From Penicillus capitatus (taxonomy: Eukaryota > Plantae > Chlorophyta): a stretch of DNA of 64,000 bases. The notes beneath the pieces were generated by a model. The model saw only the letters and a list, made by a program, of their open reading frames with translations. It was not told the origin of the DNA and did not search any database. Of the stretch, positions 1 through 14,047 are shown in pieces; the stretch's first letter is position 1; each line of letters begins with the position of its first letter. The stretch is from contig OZ287707.1 in the NCBI GenBank assembly GCA_965649825.1, positions 124,001-188,000 on the forward strand, in the 5' to 3' direction. A program made the translations under genes and the position numbers.

Positions 1-1286
1 CACGAACAAAGGATGAGCGAGATGAGCAATTTGATACAGGTCATGGAGAACGAATGTGCCGAAGTCGAAGGGGAAGACAGACAGGAATTCGAGTCCCAGA
101 GAGAAGAGATAAAGAACAAGAACGCTGAGGAGTATAACGTGCTCAAGATACAACTGGAAGGAAATATCGAAGGATTGGAGCGACAATTCGATGAAGCGCA
201 CAAATCTTACACCAATGCAACGGAACATCGCTCGAGAGCATTCGATCAGCTGTCTAAGAAAGATGCATCGGCCGCTCGAGTCGTGGAAATGCGAACAAAG
301 AAGCTTCGACGCCTCCAGGTGAATGGACTCTCGCTCTTGGTATCTCTCCCGGTCACATCTCGAGCCATGGCAGGAGGGCTTGACACATTGGAGACAAAAG
401 ATATCGGATACCCTTAGTGACTGGGAGGAGCGTAATCGAGCTCTGAAGCACGAGAAGGAGATGATGAGTAAACATTACAGGCGTGGATGATGTTTGTCTT
501 TCGTTCCTGATATGTCAATGGCGTCGTCCTTTTAGAAATCTGAAGGCATCTATGGAGTCCCTTCGCAGCACGCAACATCAACGACTGAAACATCTGAGCA
601 TTCATGCGCAGAACGCAGAAGATGTGATTGTGGAGAAGTTGAAAACGGCAGAGTCTATTCTCAAAACGTGTAAGATGAGTCGGGGCTTGGAAACAGAAAA
701 GGAACAGATTCTGCCCTTCTGTGCCTCTCTTTCCGAACTCTATATCGAGAACGCACAAGAAACGCCTGCGGAGAATGCCACCATCGAAGAAGAAGCTTCT
801 GAAGAAGAGCAGCAACAGCATGGAGAACAGAAGGCAGTGAAGGTACTGTCAATTGATCGACACATTCTCTGCAGTTTGTCGTTGTCTTTGGCAGTACGAT
901 GACAGCATGTTCAAGAAGAAGGCATTGAATGAAGGAGGATCCTCATACTCAACATCGGCCATCCATCCAGACGGAACCGAAGTGGAAAGATCTGATCAAT
1001 TCAGTAACTTCTTCAAGAAATACAACACGGTTGGCGCTGCGGATGGCGATGCTGATAATGCCATAGAATGCCAACAATGCTCTTCTAGGTATTGGCGAGC
1101 ACTGCAGCCATTCAGCAAGAGAGATCCGAACTTACAGAAGAAAACAAGAAGTTACAAGCCGTTCTCAAACGGTATCTCAATGGACTGTCCGTCAATTCCG
1201 AAGTGTTGGATGATCCAACCAACAGTCTCCTCATCATCAACAACAAGATTCGGACAAAAGTCAAAGGCCAAGGACTAGAACAATGA
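1..1286 (+). CDS. DRC2: Dynein regulatory complex subunit 2 (CCDC65/DRC2), 3' part, multi-exon, truncated by the window edge
   Basis: Spliced reading gives [56 protein letters not shown] and [14 protein letters not shown], a coiled-coil pattern matching CCDC65. Introns start at about 320, 481 (GC-AG, to 533), 843 and 1030. Stop TGA at 1284-1286. Confidence 0.75.
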
Positions 1287-1308
1287 AGTCGTGTGATGAC
1301 AGACAGTG

Positions 1309-2184
1309 TCATTCCTGTTTGTCCTTTGACTTCTTCCTCGCCGCCTCCTCGAACGCCCTCGCCACTTCTTCCGGATCCGACACGACGCTGATCTTCGGCA
1401 GCTTCGGCTCAATGTCAACTGGTTTGATCACCGTCTCGTTGTTGACGGAATCTGGATCGATCATGAGTTTGATCGTCAATCCACTCAGTCCCAAAAAATT
1501 CATTCCAAATACAAAGGTAAAGAGATAAAAGAATCCGCGGATGATGGTTCGCACAGTGATGGCAATGTTGTGCGCTGTGTACTGTTCCGGAAGGGGACTG
1601 GACAGAATCAGCGTATCCAGTTTCTTGGTAAAGATGAACAGGCCCAAGCCCAGAACTCCAGACTGCACGACACCGATCAGTCCATCGACCGCCGTGAGCT
1701 TCCTCTTCGATGGCGCATTTGTTTGCTGCTGTCCAGTGGCCTTGTCTCTCCCTTTGGATCCAAGAAAGGGCAGAGAACTATCTGCAATTCTCTGCCCTTT
1801 GAATCGCTCTGCTCTTCTGGTTAAGACTCGATAGAGGAAGTAGGATAGGAGCAGGACGTAACCCCCTCCTGCGGCATTGACCAAAAACGCGCTGCCTGCT
1901 GAAGGATTGTAAATGATGGTCTCTGCGCTGATGGCATCGGCTGGGAAGAGCATGGAAGTGAGGACCAGACTGGCATTGAGTTCCCATGCACTCAACACGG
2001 CTGCATCGGATTCCATGTCGCTCGGCAGCGCCTGTCTTCTTGGCAACCATATCTGCCCGTGCTGTCGTATCTGCAACGGTGCTCGATTGCCGTTCTCTTG
2101 TCGAGGACGGGTTTCTAATCTTCGACATGTCGCCGAGGGGGTACTCGTGACGAAAGACGATCGAGCGAACATTCTGGATACCAT
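1309..2184 (-). CDS. DUF3082-family plastid/thylakoid membrane protein, intronless; start uncertain
   Basis: ORF 1309-2208 has an Arg/Ser-rich transit-like N-terminus, three hydrophobic segments and the motif [31 protein letters not shown] typical of DUF3082. Confidence 0.65.
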   Translation of the reverse strand: MVSRMFARSSFVTSTPSATCRRLETRPRQENGNRAPLQIRQHGQIWLPRRQALPSDMESDAAVLSAWELNASLVLTSMLFPADAISAETIIYNPSAGSAFLVNAAGGGYVLLLSYFLYRVLTRRAERFKGQRIADSSLPFLGSKGRDKATGQQQTNAPSKRKLTAVDGLIGVVQSGVLGLGLFIFTKKLDTLILSSPLPEQYTAHNIAITVRTIIRGFFYLFTFVFGMNFLGLSGLTIKLMIDPDSVNNETVIKPVDIEPKLPKISVVSDPEEVARAFEEAARKKSKDKQE

Positions 2185-2207
2185 ACAATTACCCATCTGT
2201 TCATTCA

Positions 2208-5200
2208 ATGCCGGCGACTGCTATACGGCACAGTGCGTTGCGTCGATGGGTGAAGGGCAACGCCCACTGTCGTCCACGGTTTCGGCTGTTTCGGCATCGA
2301 TCTCTTGCGAGAGTCGTCGGAAGAAATGGATCTCGTGGGTTGGCAGTGTCCGTGAGAAGGAACACAGAACGCATGCGAGATGGCACATGGATCTGTCGTG
2401 CAGCGACGTCCTCTTCCACTCCATCCGTTGCCGTTCCTTTCCAGTCGACGGCGACATCGGTTGTCAAGAAACGAGAAGATATCAAAACGATTTTGGTCAT
2501 CGGCGCCGGTCCCATTGTCATCGGCCAGGCTTGTGAATTTGATTACTCTGGCACGCAGGCTTGCAAGGCACTCAGATCTGAAGGCTATCGAGTGGTGTTG
2601 CTGAATTCGAATCCAGCAACGATCATGACCGATCCAGGAACAGCAGATCGCACATACATTGGACCGATGACGCCGGCACTCGTTGAGGATATCTTGCAAC
2701 AAGAGAGACCAGATGCATTGCTGCCCACAATGGGCGGCCAAACGAGCTTGAATCTTGCCAAGGAACTGGCTGAGAGTGGTGTTCTGGACAAGTATGGAGT
2801 GGAGTTGATTGGGGCCAAGTTGCCATCCATTGATCGCGCCGAAGACCGCGAGCTCTTTAAACAGGCGATGAAGAGAATTGGATTGAAGACGCCGTTGTCG
2901 AGAACAGCCAACTCGGTGGAAGAGGCTTTGGCTTTCCATAACGAGATCGGATCGTTTCCTCTCATCATCCGACCGGCGTTTACGCTCGGAGGGACCGGCG
3001 GCGGTATCGCCTATAACATGGAGGAATTTGTGGCGATTGTCAAAAAAGGCCTGGATGCATCTATGACGCACCAAGTCCTGGTCGAGATGTCGTTGCTGGG
3101 ATGGAAGGAGTTCGAGTTGGAAGTGATGAGGGATTTGGGAGACAATGTGGTGATCATCTGCTCCATCGAAAACGTGGATCCCATGGGCGTCCACACAGGC
3201 GACTCCATCACGATCGCACCCGCCCAGACACTGACAGACAAGGAGTACCAGCGACTAAGAGACGCAGCCATCAGCATCATCCGGGAGATGGGTGTCGAGT
3301 GCGGAGGATCGAATGTTCAGATGGCTATCAATCCGAAAGACGGAGAGATGATGATCATCGAGATGAATCCGAGAGTCAGTCGATCTTCAGCACTGGCATC
3401 GAAAGCCACCGGATTCCCCATCGCCAAAATGGTAAGCTCCTGGCGTGAGAACGCACAGACGACGGATGGTGTGTGATCCTCAGGCGGCTAAGCTATCGAT
3501 TGGCTATACGCTTGATCAGATTCCGAACGATATTACTCAGAAAACACCCGCTTCGTTTGAACCGTCTATCGATTACATGGTGACCAAGATCCCCCGTTTT
3601 GCATTTGAGAAGTTCCCTGGTTCGACACCGGAGTTGACAACCCAGATGAAGTCTGTTGGCGAGGCGATGTCCATTGGTCGCACGTTTCCCGAGTCTTTTC
3701 AGAAAGCGCTGCGTTCTTTGGAGACGGGTCTTGATGGATGGTCCCTGCCAAAGAACTACAAGAGACTCTACGGCGATGAGCTGAATCGGGCACTGCGTGT
3801 TCCCAATCCAGAACGCATGCTTGCCATCAAACAGGCATTCGAAGATGGTTACTCCGCTGCACAGATACACGTAATAGGACACGCTGTCTACCCCATTCCA
3901 TTTCACCGTCCTGTTGTGTTCGGTCCAGGATTTGACATCTATCGATCCTTGGTTTCTGTCTCATTTGGAGGAGCTGCACGAAACAGAAACGTGGCTAAAA
4001 TCGCAGACCCTCGATGGCCTCTCCAAAGAAGAAATGTTCCAGGTCAAGAGAAGAGGCTTCAGCGATCCGCAGATAGCCCAATGCTTAAACACATCAGCCG
4101 ACGAAGTGCGTCGCGTTCGGAAGTCACTCGGCGTCATTCCAATCATGAAACGTGTGGATACCTGTGCTGCTGAATTCGAAGCCGGGACACCTTACATGTA
4201 CAGCTCCTACGAAGACGAATGCGAATGCGATGCAAATACCGAACCAAAGGTGCTCATTCTTGGAGGTGGGCCCAATCGCATTGGCCAAGGCATTGAGTTT
4301 GATTACTGTTGCTGCCATGCCTCCTTCGCTTTGAGGGAAGCTGGATACGAGACGATCATGATGAACTCGAATCCAGAGACAGTCTCCACCGACTACGACA
4401 CCAGCAGTCGTCTCTATTTTGAACCTCTGACGATTGAAGACGTGATGAACGTGATCGAGAAAGAGCGTCCGGATGGGATCGTTGTTCAGTTTGGCGGACA
4501 GACGCCACTGAAGCTGTCGACGGAGTTGCAGAGCATCCTGGAGAAGGAGAAGATTCCAACGGCGAGTGGCAATGGGCTTGTTCGCATTTGGGGGACTTCG
4601 CCTGACAGCATCGACGAAGCAGAAGACAGAGATCGATGGATGTCTCTGCTGTCAAGGCTGAAAATCAAACAACCGCCCGGTTCCGTAGCGAGATCTGAGG
4701 AAGAGGCCTTGTCTGCTGCCCAAGCTCTCGGCTACCCTGTCATGGTCAGACCGAGTTACGTTCTAGGCGGAAGGGCGATGGAGATCGTCAACAGCGACGC
4801 TCAATTGAAGAAGTACATCACGAGTGCCGTTGAAGTGGATCCCGAACGGCCTGTCCTGGTGGACAAGTACATCGATCAAGGAACGGAGCTGGATGTCGAT
4901 GCCTTGTGTGATCAACAAGGGAATGTCGCCATCTGCGGAATCATGGAGCATATAGAACAGGCAGGCATACACTCTGGCGATTCAGCCTGCAGTCTCCCCG
5001 CACTGACGCTGAACGACGACTGTCTACGCATTATCGAAACCTGGACGCAGAGTGTGGCAAAGGAACTGAAAGTGATCGGTCTGATCAATATTCAGTACGT
5101 GGTGCAACGGAACCAGCCGTATATCATCGAGGCAAATCCACGGGCATCACGGACGGTCCCTTTCGTTGCAAAAGCCATTGGACATCCCATTGCAAAATAC

Positions 5201-5830
5201 GCCTCGCTCTTGATGGCTGGTAAGACGCTGGATGATATCGGATTCAAAGGATCTGTCAAGAATGACCACGTCGCTGTCAAAGAAGTGACGTTGCCGTTTG
5301 ACAAGTTCCCAGGAACAGACACACTCCTTGGACCGGAGATGCGATCAACGGGCGAAGTGATGGGCATCGATACCGATTTCTCACATGCCTTTGCCAAAGC
5401 CCAAGTGGCGGCTGGACAATCCCTGCCGTTATCAGGAACCGTATTCGTCTCTATGAACGACCCATCCAAGCCAGAAATCGTTCCAGTCGTCAAAGACCTA
5501 GTGCATCTCGGATACCAGATCGTATCGACGGGAGGGACAGCAAGATACTTAACAGAGCAGGGCATCCCTTGCAAAGAGATTCTCAAAATCCACGAAGGCC
5601 GTCCCAACATCGGCGACGCTATTAAGGACAAAGACATCAGCCTCGTGCTCATGACATCCAGTCAAGACTCTGCGGATCGACAGGATGGGAGATCGCTGAG
5701 GCGCCTCACTGTGGGAATGAAGATTCCGATGGTCACAACAGTGGCTGGGGCAAAAGCGACCGTCAAGGCATTAGAGGCGCTTAGGACGGGAAAACTGAAA
5801 CATGTCGCTCTACAAGATCACTTCAAATGA
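2208..5830 (+). CDS. carB: Carbamoyl-phosphate synthase large subunit, plastid-targeted; introns 3432-3483 and 3871-3928
   Basis: [71 protein letters not shown] and a C-terminal MGS domain. Two GT-AG introns join the three ORFs in frame. Arg-rich N-terminal extension. Confidence 0.97.
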
Positions 5831-5924
5831 ATTTCGCAAACATAGGTGTTCGTTCGTCATGATATGACTTTCGGCGTATTTAAAACGAAGCGCCTCCATC
5901 CGTCCCGTCGTCGATTTTTTTTCG

Positions 5925-8900
5925 ATGTCATCCTCTCGTGTCTCGACCACTACCAACAGCAGTGAAGATATTCACGACAAGCGCGAACAAGTTTTCCTGC
6001 AATTGAAGCATACCATTAACGCGCTATTGGAAGAAGTTGATGAGTTTGGCGCGTCGGAAGAAAGCACGACCAGCGTTGTGGACGCCGTCCGCGTTATCCT
6101 GGAAGTACGCATACCAAACTGCGTGTCGTGTATCGACGGTTGAGCGATTGTGGCCTGTTTTTGCAGGACGGCTTAGAAGGTAATCGTTCACTGAGGCCAT
6201 TCATCTGGAGCGTCGTTCGGCGTGTCGGAAGAGCATACCCTGTCACGTTCCACAGTTCTATTGACAAAGTGCGTGCATTGGCACGACAGGACGAGCTCAG
6301 TAGAGAACAAGTGGAGGAAGCGTGGATAAAACAGGTGTGGACAGAGATGACGGTGACCGTCACGAACGGCTCAAAATCTTCACGTCTCCCTAGGCTCTTC
6401 ACGAGGGGGTTTTGTCCACGTTACTGACAAACATCGTGCGTCAGTTTCAGATTCGAAGTGCCTATCTGTCAGAGTCTGTTATCTGTGACAAGATGTGGAG
6501 AATCGAGGTCATGCGACTGCTAGACCAACTGAAAGTGTGACGGCATACATGCATCTACACATGTACACGACGGTTATTGGATGATCGCTGTAGGGTGTCA
6601 TCAAGCCAGTACCGGATGCTCCATCTGCCAGTTCGTGGTCGTCGGATGACAGTTTCATCTATACACCTCTCTCCTCCGATACAGAGCAACCATCTGTATC
6701 GATTGCAAGCCATGCGGTGCCAGGTCAGTTACAGCGTCTGTTTCTGAAGGACGTGTGACGATTGGTGTGCCTGTCGGTGCTGGCGGGTCGTCTGCAGTCA
6801 AGTCGCACATTGCGTTTCGGTCAGATGATGGGACAGTGTCGGAGGTCGCGTCGGAGGATGAAACGGGGGGCAAAGATGCCGAGTCCAGAGTGACACTGGT
6901 CGCTTCGAACAAAGAACAGAGGGGACAGGATGATACGTCGTCATCGTCGTCGTCAAGTGGCACGCAACAGAACCAGCCCCGTCTGTCTAGAAAATCGCAT
7001 GGAAGGCAGCTGAGTCAAGTGAAAGAGGCACCTGCAAACGCATGTTCCGAAATCACCATAGACCCGACACCGTTGCACCAGAGATTCGAAGAACGACGTC
7101 TGAGTTTGAATGACAGTCCAGAAGTCAGGACACCAGATCGGCCTTCATTTTTCGGACGCATCTCTCGTACAGTATCTGGTTCTTTGTACCATAGCGTCGC
7201 CACTGAAGCGCCATATAAAGACAGCCCAGTGTCTGAACTGAGCCGCGAAGAGCAGACGTGTCGATTTTGGAGTCGTTCCAGGAGTGATTCTGGCTCGACG
7301 GTCAGTCTGCTTCGCGAAGTGCAAAAGGATATTGGTGCTGGCACAACGATACCAGTAACAGCTGTAGAAAGGGCAACGGCATCTCGAATGCTCATCAAGG
7401 AAATTAATAAGATCTCAAGGCTCGTTCTCCAGCAGTACTGCTCGAATGGTCACCCACTCAATGTGGAACTCTATCCGCTCTCGAAGATTCTCCATCTCTA
7501 TGAAGACGCTTTTGGCATTGGCCTGCGTCCAGACCCCTTGTTCCAACCCACCGTTCGGAATATGTATCTATCAGATTTTGAGAAAATTGTGCCCAAAGGA
7601 AATGCGACCCCCTATGCCGTTCTAGCAGGAATACAAGCAATCTATCCTCACGAACGTCTTGGAGTCGCTCTGGTATCGGATGTGGCAGAGCAAACGTCAA
7701 GATTCCAGCAATGGTTGAAGACATGTTTGATCGATAGTTGCTTAGGAGAAAGAATCGAGATGGCATTGAGCCACCAAGACTTCCTCCAGGGATGGTACTA
7801 CCCACAAGCCATCGTCATTGACGAAGACCTCGTTCAAGAGCTCATTGCCACCTGCAGAGGACTGGATGCCATCGAGATCGATGGAGCAAGAGAACAAAAA
7901 TCAAGCAAGGCAAAACCAGTCGATCTTCCGCCTGACAGTACAACCACTGGTAACACACCATCCAAAGACACATTCAGCAAAGTGTTACGTATAGAAGAGG
8001 GAGGGGACAATAAGCACGTCGTCCAAGGAGAGAACATGGCTGACGACATTTCTTCAGTTGCCCCGTTGTCACCAGATACCGTAGATACTAGAGCAAAGAT
8101 GAATGATGGATCCGAAGAAAATAACTCTGAAGAAGAGTGGTTGACGACGCAGATCGAAGGAATGCACCTGACAAGCCGAGGCATGACAGGGAGCATTGGA
8201 GATGTGATGCTGGGGGATGATTACGGTATCTGTAGTCCGATGAACAACGGAGACATGACACAGACATCTCCAAGCGCATCTCCAACGTTGACAACACGTC
8301 ATAGGGAACCAATGGATGAACCTGTTGAAACAATGCGATCTGCAGCAAGTCAGTTATGGAATCGTTCAGATGGTGGTGTGCAGCGAAGTGCCTTTTCCAG
8401 TCAAGAACTGCCAATTTATCAACAGATTACTATGGCCACTGCCCAAGTACGCGTGGCTGTGTGCGTGATGACGATGCTGAGACGGATGCGATGTAGACAG
8501 GCAAGCTGAAATTGGGCGACAACACGCGAAGGTCGACGAAGCATCACATTCGATCCATCAGCGTTGTCTCGTCGTGCATTTCGGGGGAGGACGAAGAAGA
8601 CTGGCGCGGTGTATGGAAGGACGTGGATGTTGTGCGTCACGAGACGCATACGACTCCAAGCGGAGACCACTACATCATGTATGTTATCGAAGTCATGGCT
8701 TCAGATGGCACACACTGGCAGGTACAGTCCGCCACACAGCCCTCTGCCACGATCAGATGGATGACTCAATGTTTACCTGTCTACTTACTTTGCTGTGTTC
8801 CTCTGTAGACAGCTCGTCGTTTCAGTGAGCTTGTTGCTTTGGGCAGAAACTTGACAAGACAGGAAGTCGAGTTGCCGCACTCATGGACGAATTTGTCGAA

Positions 8901-9759
8901 AGCCAGAATCGTGACCGGCAAGAGACGATTCTCAAAAGAGATCATCGAAGCGCGATCCGCTTTTATTCGTCAATGTCTATGGGATCTCATGGCTGGATAC
9001 CCAGAATCCCTCATCTGGACATCCGTCGCCGAGTTCCTCGATGCGCCGCTAAGTTTACTGAGAGGAACGAAGTCCCGTCAGCGAAATGGAAGTATCACAG
9101 AAGATAGAGTCCGTAATTTAATTCAGGATAGGATTTCGAATCACTTGAATAGTTTGACGCTAATTGTTGATTTACCTGTTCAACTGTCAGACGAGGTGTT
9201 GTTTGAGATGCAACAAGGCCTCTGCGCTGGTTGCCAAGCACATCTTCCTTCTTTTTGTCAGCAGAAGTCGTTGTTTCGGAGTCCCCCTACTCCACGGAAA
9301 TGTGCGTACACGGAGTTGCTCTATTGCCACAAATGCCATCAGCTGGATCTGGCGTTTCTGCCGTCTAGGGTTTTGCATTGCTGGGATTTCACTAAGTATC
9401 CCGTCTCCATTAGTGCCAAAGCTTATCTTTATTCTGTTTTTCCTTCTCCGGTTCTGTGCATCGATGCCGTCAATCCTGGACTGCTCGCCAGTGTTCCTGT
9501 TCTTGCTCATCTTGAGTACCTTAGACAGAGAATCGTCTGTTTTATGGAAACGCTCCGATCGAAGGGACCCGAAGGCAAAAGAATCGCTCTGTCCATCGAA
9601 GAGAATGCTGGAGCCAATAAACATCTCGTGCAGAATGCGGATTACTGGTCGATGAAAGATCTTGGCGATATTTCTAGAGGTGTGTTTTCCCGTTTACCTC
9701 GTTGGTTAGAAGCCGTTCACAAGCAAATCGGAGCAGTGGTCGAGATGCATGGTAACTGA
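5925..9759 (+). CDS. RUN + PX + Rubicon-homology (DUF4206 Zn-finger) protein, PLEKHM1/Rubicon-like, multi-exon
   Basis: RUN-like segment RFQQWLKTCLIDSCL..FLQGWYYPQAIV. PX segment YIMYVIEV..ARRFSEL..IEARSAFI. RH domain CAGC..PRKCAYTELLYCHKCH..LPSRVLHCWDF. A second RUN-like helical stretch sits at the N-terminus. Exon structure around 6530-6650 is uncertain. Confidence 0.75.
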
Positions 9760-9856
9760 ACAAACGCAGCTGCACCACCACAACCAAAGAATGTTCGTTG
9801 ACAGACAGAGACATCACGTTTAACTAACTAACCCTTGTAACACATTACGTGCGAAA

Positions 9857-11647
9857 ATGACGACGCACGCGACGTCAAAAGCATCGGCCCATGTCATCCT
9901 GCAGTTTGAGTCAGAGGATGGTGTGCCGGCAGGTTTCGTCAAGAAAGGATGAGTCCGTTGTCAAGGCGATGGCCTGTTGTGTACAGGGCCACAGTATGAC
10001 ATACCTTCCGAAGCGTCGACGGCTCAATTGGAGCAGCTTCTCAATAAATGTCTCAAGAACGAACAAACACTGCCTTACTCTTTTCTCTTGAACGATCTGC
10101 CGATTGAGGGTACTCTCAAGGACCACCTGTTGAAGCACAGTGTGTCGGTCGAGAAGGTGCTCAGAGTGGTCTACCGTCCACAGGCAGTCTTTCGTGTACG
10201 AGCTGTCACACGCTGCACGGCATCGTTGCAAGGGCACACGGAGGCTGTTCTGAACATCGGATTCAGTCCCGACGGAAAACGGTTGGCCAGTGGATCAGGA
10301 GATGCCACGGTACGGCATTGGAATCTCGATTCACAGACACCTCTGCACACCTGCAAGGTCCGTTGCCGACAGAAGAGATAGGCAATCGATAGCAGATGGA
10401 TGGATAGGGACACAAGAGTTGGATTCTGGTGGTCAGTTGGTCGCCGGATGGGGAACTGTTAACCACAGGCGATATGAAGGGACAGATTTTTGTGTGGGAT
10501 CCGGCTAAGGCAGATCCACTTGGAGGCTGCAACGGCCACAAGAAGTGGATCACATCTATGGTGCACCAGAGACCATCGTTTGATATGCTGCTGCATTTCT
10601 GGTTCCTTTATGACAGGCTTGGAAACCAGCACATCTCATGTGTCCGTGCATCCTGTTTTGCAGCGGGTCCAAGGATTGCACCATAAAGATATGGAATGCC
10701 AAGACCAAGTGCAGATTTCTGTGATCTTCTGTCGTGGTCATCAATGTACGTGCTGCAGACGATGCGAGAAGACACTTTCGACGCAGCAGAAGCTCATTAC
10801 TTGTGTCAAATGGGGAGGGAACGATTGCATCTATTCGAGTTCGAGAGATACGACCATTGCTGTGTGGGATACAAGAACAGGGACATTGATCAGTCGTCTT
10901 GCTGGCCATGCACATTGGGTGAACACACTGACACTGAGTTCAGACTATGTCCTTCGAACAGGACCCTTTGATCGTCATGGAAAGGCTCCGCCGACATCCG
11001 ATGAGAAACGACAGGTGATACAAGGCTGTCACATCATACCCGAGAGCCAGCTATGCTGCAGGCAGCACAAGAAAGATTCCAAGAGCTGACAAAGGGCAAA
11101 CCGGAGCGTCTCGTCTCGGGATCGGACGATCACTCCATGATCCTGTGGAATCCTTTCGATCAGAAACCACTTGTTCAAAAGCTCACTGGACATGTGCAGT
11201 TGATCAACCAGGTTTGTCAGCGTGGACAGTCAGGAATGCTGCATGGCGTATGTTTGTTGTACAGGTCCAGTTTTCGCCTGATGGCCAGTGGATCATCAGC
11301 GCCTCTTTTGACAAGTCCATCAAAGTATGGGATGGAATGCGAGGCACGTTCTATGCGAGTCTCTTCGGTCACGTCGCACCTGTGTTTCAAGTTGCATGGT
11401 CACCAGATTCTAGATTCTTTGTAAGCGGCAGCAAGGATAGTACATTAAAGGTGTCCGTCCACTCTTTCTGTATATATCCTTTAAGCAATGTGATGTGACG
11501 TTTGAGGTGTGGGATATCAAAGAAAAGAAGTTCGTCGAAGATCTCCCGGGTCATGCAGATGAAGTCTACGCCGTCGACTGGTCGCCAGATGGCGCATCCG
11601 TCGCTTCGGGAGGAAAAGACAAGGTCGTGAAAATATGGAGACATTAG
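9857..11647 (+). CDS. NLE1: Notchless (NLE domain + WD40 repeats), ribosome biogenesis factor, multi-exon
   Basis: [40 protein letters not shown] and [33 protein letters not shown]. About 7 short GT-AG introns. Confidence 0.95.
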
Positions 11648-11755
11648 TGCAGCAGCACTGTGCTCACAAACAACATCCAACAAGGACGGAACGACACCCG
11701 GACAGCCACGACACTAGGGATGGCAGCTGTAATAACAGCATAAGTGTAAACGCAT

Positions 11756-13994
11756 TCACTCCGACTTTCCTTCGCGGAATCGAATTTTGGTTCTCGATGA
11801 TCCGCCTTCGCCATCGAACAGCATAGATCCTCCGGCAGCAGCATTCATTCCTCCCCGACGCCCCAGACGGTCCAAGACATTCTCTGCAGGTGATGCACAC
11901 GGTCGGCAAACAGGTGGTCGATTGGCACAGAAGAGCACCTCGTGGTTGTTGTGGCATGTCATCGTCCAGTCCAAACGGATCGGCATCAAATTCCACAGGT
12001 CCTGTCCGAACGGCTTCGGTTGGCTCTTCTGCCCCTTTGAAGCCTGTATCCGCTTTGAATTTTCCTGTCTGGATTCCTTCTCCGTCCTCCGCTTCGTACG
12101 TATCGTCGTCTTTCGGTTTCTTAGGCTTGTACAGTCCAGATCCGCGATCAAGGAACAGCGGTTTGTCGTAGACATTGTATCCATCTTCAGGACCGAAGCC
12201 TGCAACACATTATCCACAAATAGCCGATGACAGCGCAGTCCATCATTGTTGCTGTCTCGCCTGTTGTCATGCCTCTCTCTTGGTTGAAGAGTCGCGAATC
12301 GTACATGGCTTCTCCTGCATTCGTTTGAACCTTTGCCATACCGAGGGCAATCTTTTCGCTGATGTCTCTTTCTCTGTCTCTTGTGATCTTGCTCTTCTTT
12401 GTGCCCTTGGCATCTCTGGCCTCCAATCTAAAGGTCGGCACGTAAAGATCACAAACACTGTACCAGTTATCATCACCTTCTTTCCCTTTCCCGTTCCCTT
12501 CTTCTCTCCTCGCGGATCTCATCTCTCCGTTTCTTTTCGGAAATCTCTTCTCTCTTCGTATCGCCATCATATCTGCGATCGTCATCACGACGATGATCAC
12601 TGGAACGTTCTCTTCGGCTGCTGCGTCTGCTCTTTCTGTGAGGAGAACTGCTTGCGGAAGAGTTTGCTTCGGGCTTGATGGGAACGGCATCTGAGAAATC
12701 AGACAGACACATCTTCAGGCATCAGACGGCAGTGTGCACGACGGTCTGTACCATCTACGCGTTCGTTCAGCGGCATACCACCGTGTTCCATTCTTGCTTT
12801 CTGTGCCAGTTCGCGCAACTCCTTCTCCTTTTTCTCTTTCTCTCGTGCCATGAGCTCTCGTTGCACCTGAACAGGCATGACGTGACATCCTGTACCATTC
12901 CTCTCTTAGTGATCCGCCAACCTTGTTTCTCATGTGTAGTGCTTCTCTGGCTTTGTGCTCTGCTGAATACAGAGATTCCGTAAATGCTGCGAACTTCTCA
13001 CTGACGGTCGTTTCCTGCAATCCTCGACCATCCGCTGCCAATCTCTTGTCCAAGGGGATCGTGTATCCCTACAAAACGCGTGTTACGTTCACTGTCGCGA
13101 TCACGGCATGGAATCCATCGCAGGCGCTATGCTGTTGTTACCTTTTGATTTTTCCAGTTGCTAATGCACGGCGGAATTTTCCAATCCTGTTGATCTTGAT
13201 GCGTCACTTTTCTTGGAGGTGAATGCAGAATCGGAACGGGTGGATCGCCAGGACCCTTAGGCACACGGATGTGTCGAAACTTGGGCGGATCTAATGGATC
13301 TTGCGGCATTTCATGCAACCGGACGATTCTCTGAGAGCATCCCGAATTAAACTACACAGCACACAACAGCTGCCGATCACACATTCCATAAATCGATCAG
13401 CTTTACTCGATGGCCCTGTTGCGAAGGAGTGTACTTAATGAGGTGCGATGGTCCAGCCTTCGGTCCGATCGTCTTCGGATTGGCAGCCTGTATCTTCTTA
13501 TCAACGACTCTCTGTAGATGTTGCCATGTGTCTCGTGCTGTCTCCATCTCCTCATCATCCCTGTCTTTATCCCCAGCCTGAAGAAGATAATGGCATTCTC
13601 TTCCATGGGCGAGGTATCTATTTATTACGACGAGTTTGTTCAGTTCGTCGACTTTTGGCACGATATCGGAGTGTTTGGCGAAGACAGTCTTGTCTCGATT
13701 CTGCCCTTGTTTTACGAGAGCGTCGTAATTGACTTCGCCGTCTGCATCGACGGTGACCGCCAGCGTCTTGGCCACCTCTTTCTCTCTGCCCATGCCAAGC
13801 GGATATTGCGCAACCGGTATCTCGGGAAAGGCACCGCCATCGCCAAAGTCGCTTTCTTTTCGAGGAACAAACTCTGTCCTGCGCAGATACGGCGGCGGCT
13901 CTATGAATCCAACACGAACAACGGCTGTCGATTCGCTGCCCTCTCTGTCTGGCAGCGCGCGCTGTGGAGCAGGCAACGAATGTAACAACGACAT
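11756..13994 (-). CDS. SNW1: SNW/SKIP (Prp45) splicing factor, multi-exon
   Basis: [88 protein letters not shown] and DPFGLD. Includes a GC-AG intron at 12200-12260. Confidence 0.95.
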
Positions 13995-14047
13995 TTTGTC
14001 TCAAACGTACGTCATAAACAAATGGCCGTTTTTCGTTTTTTTCAAAG

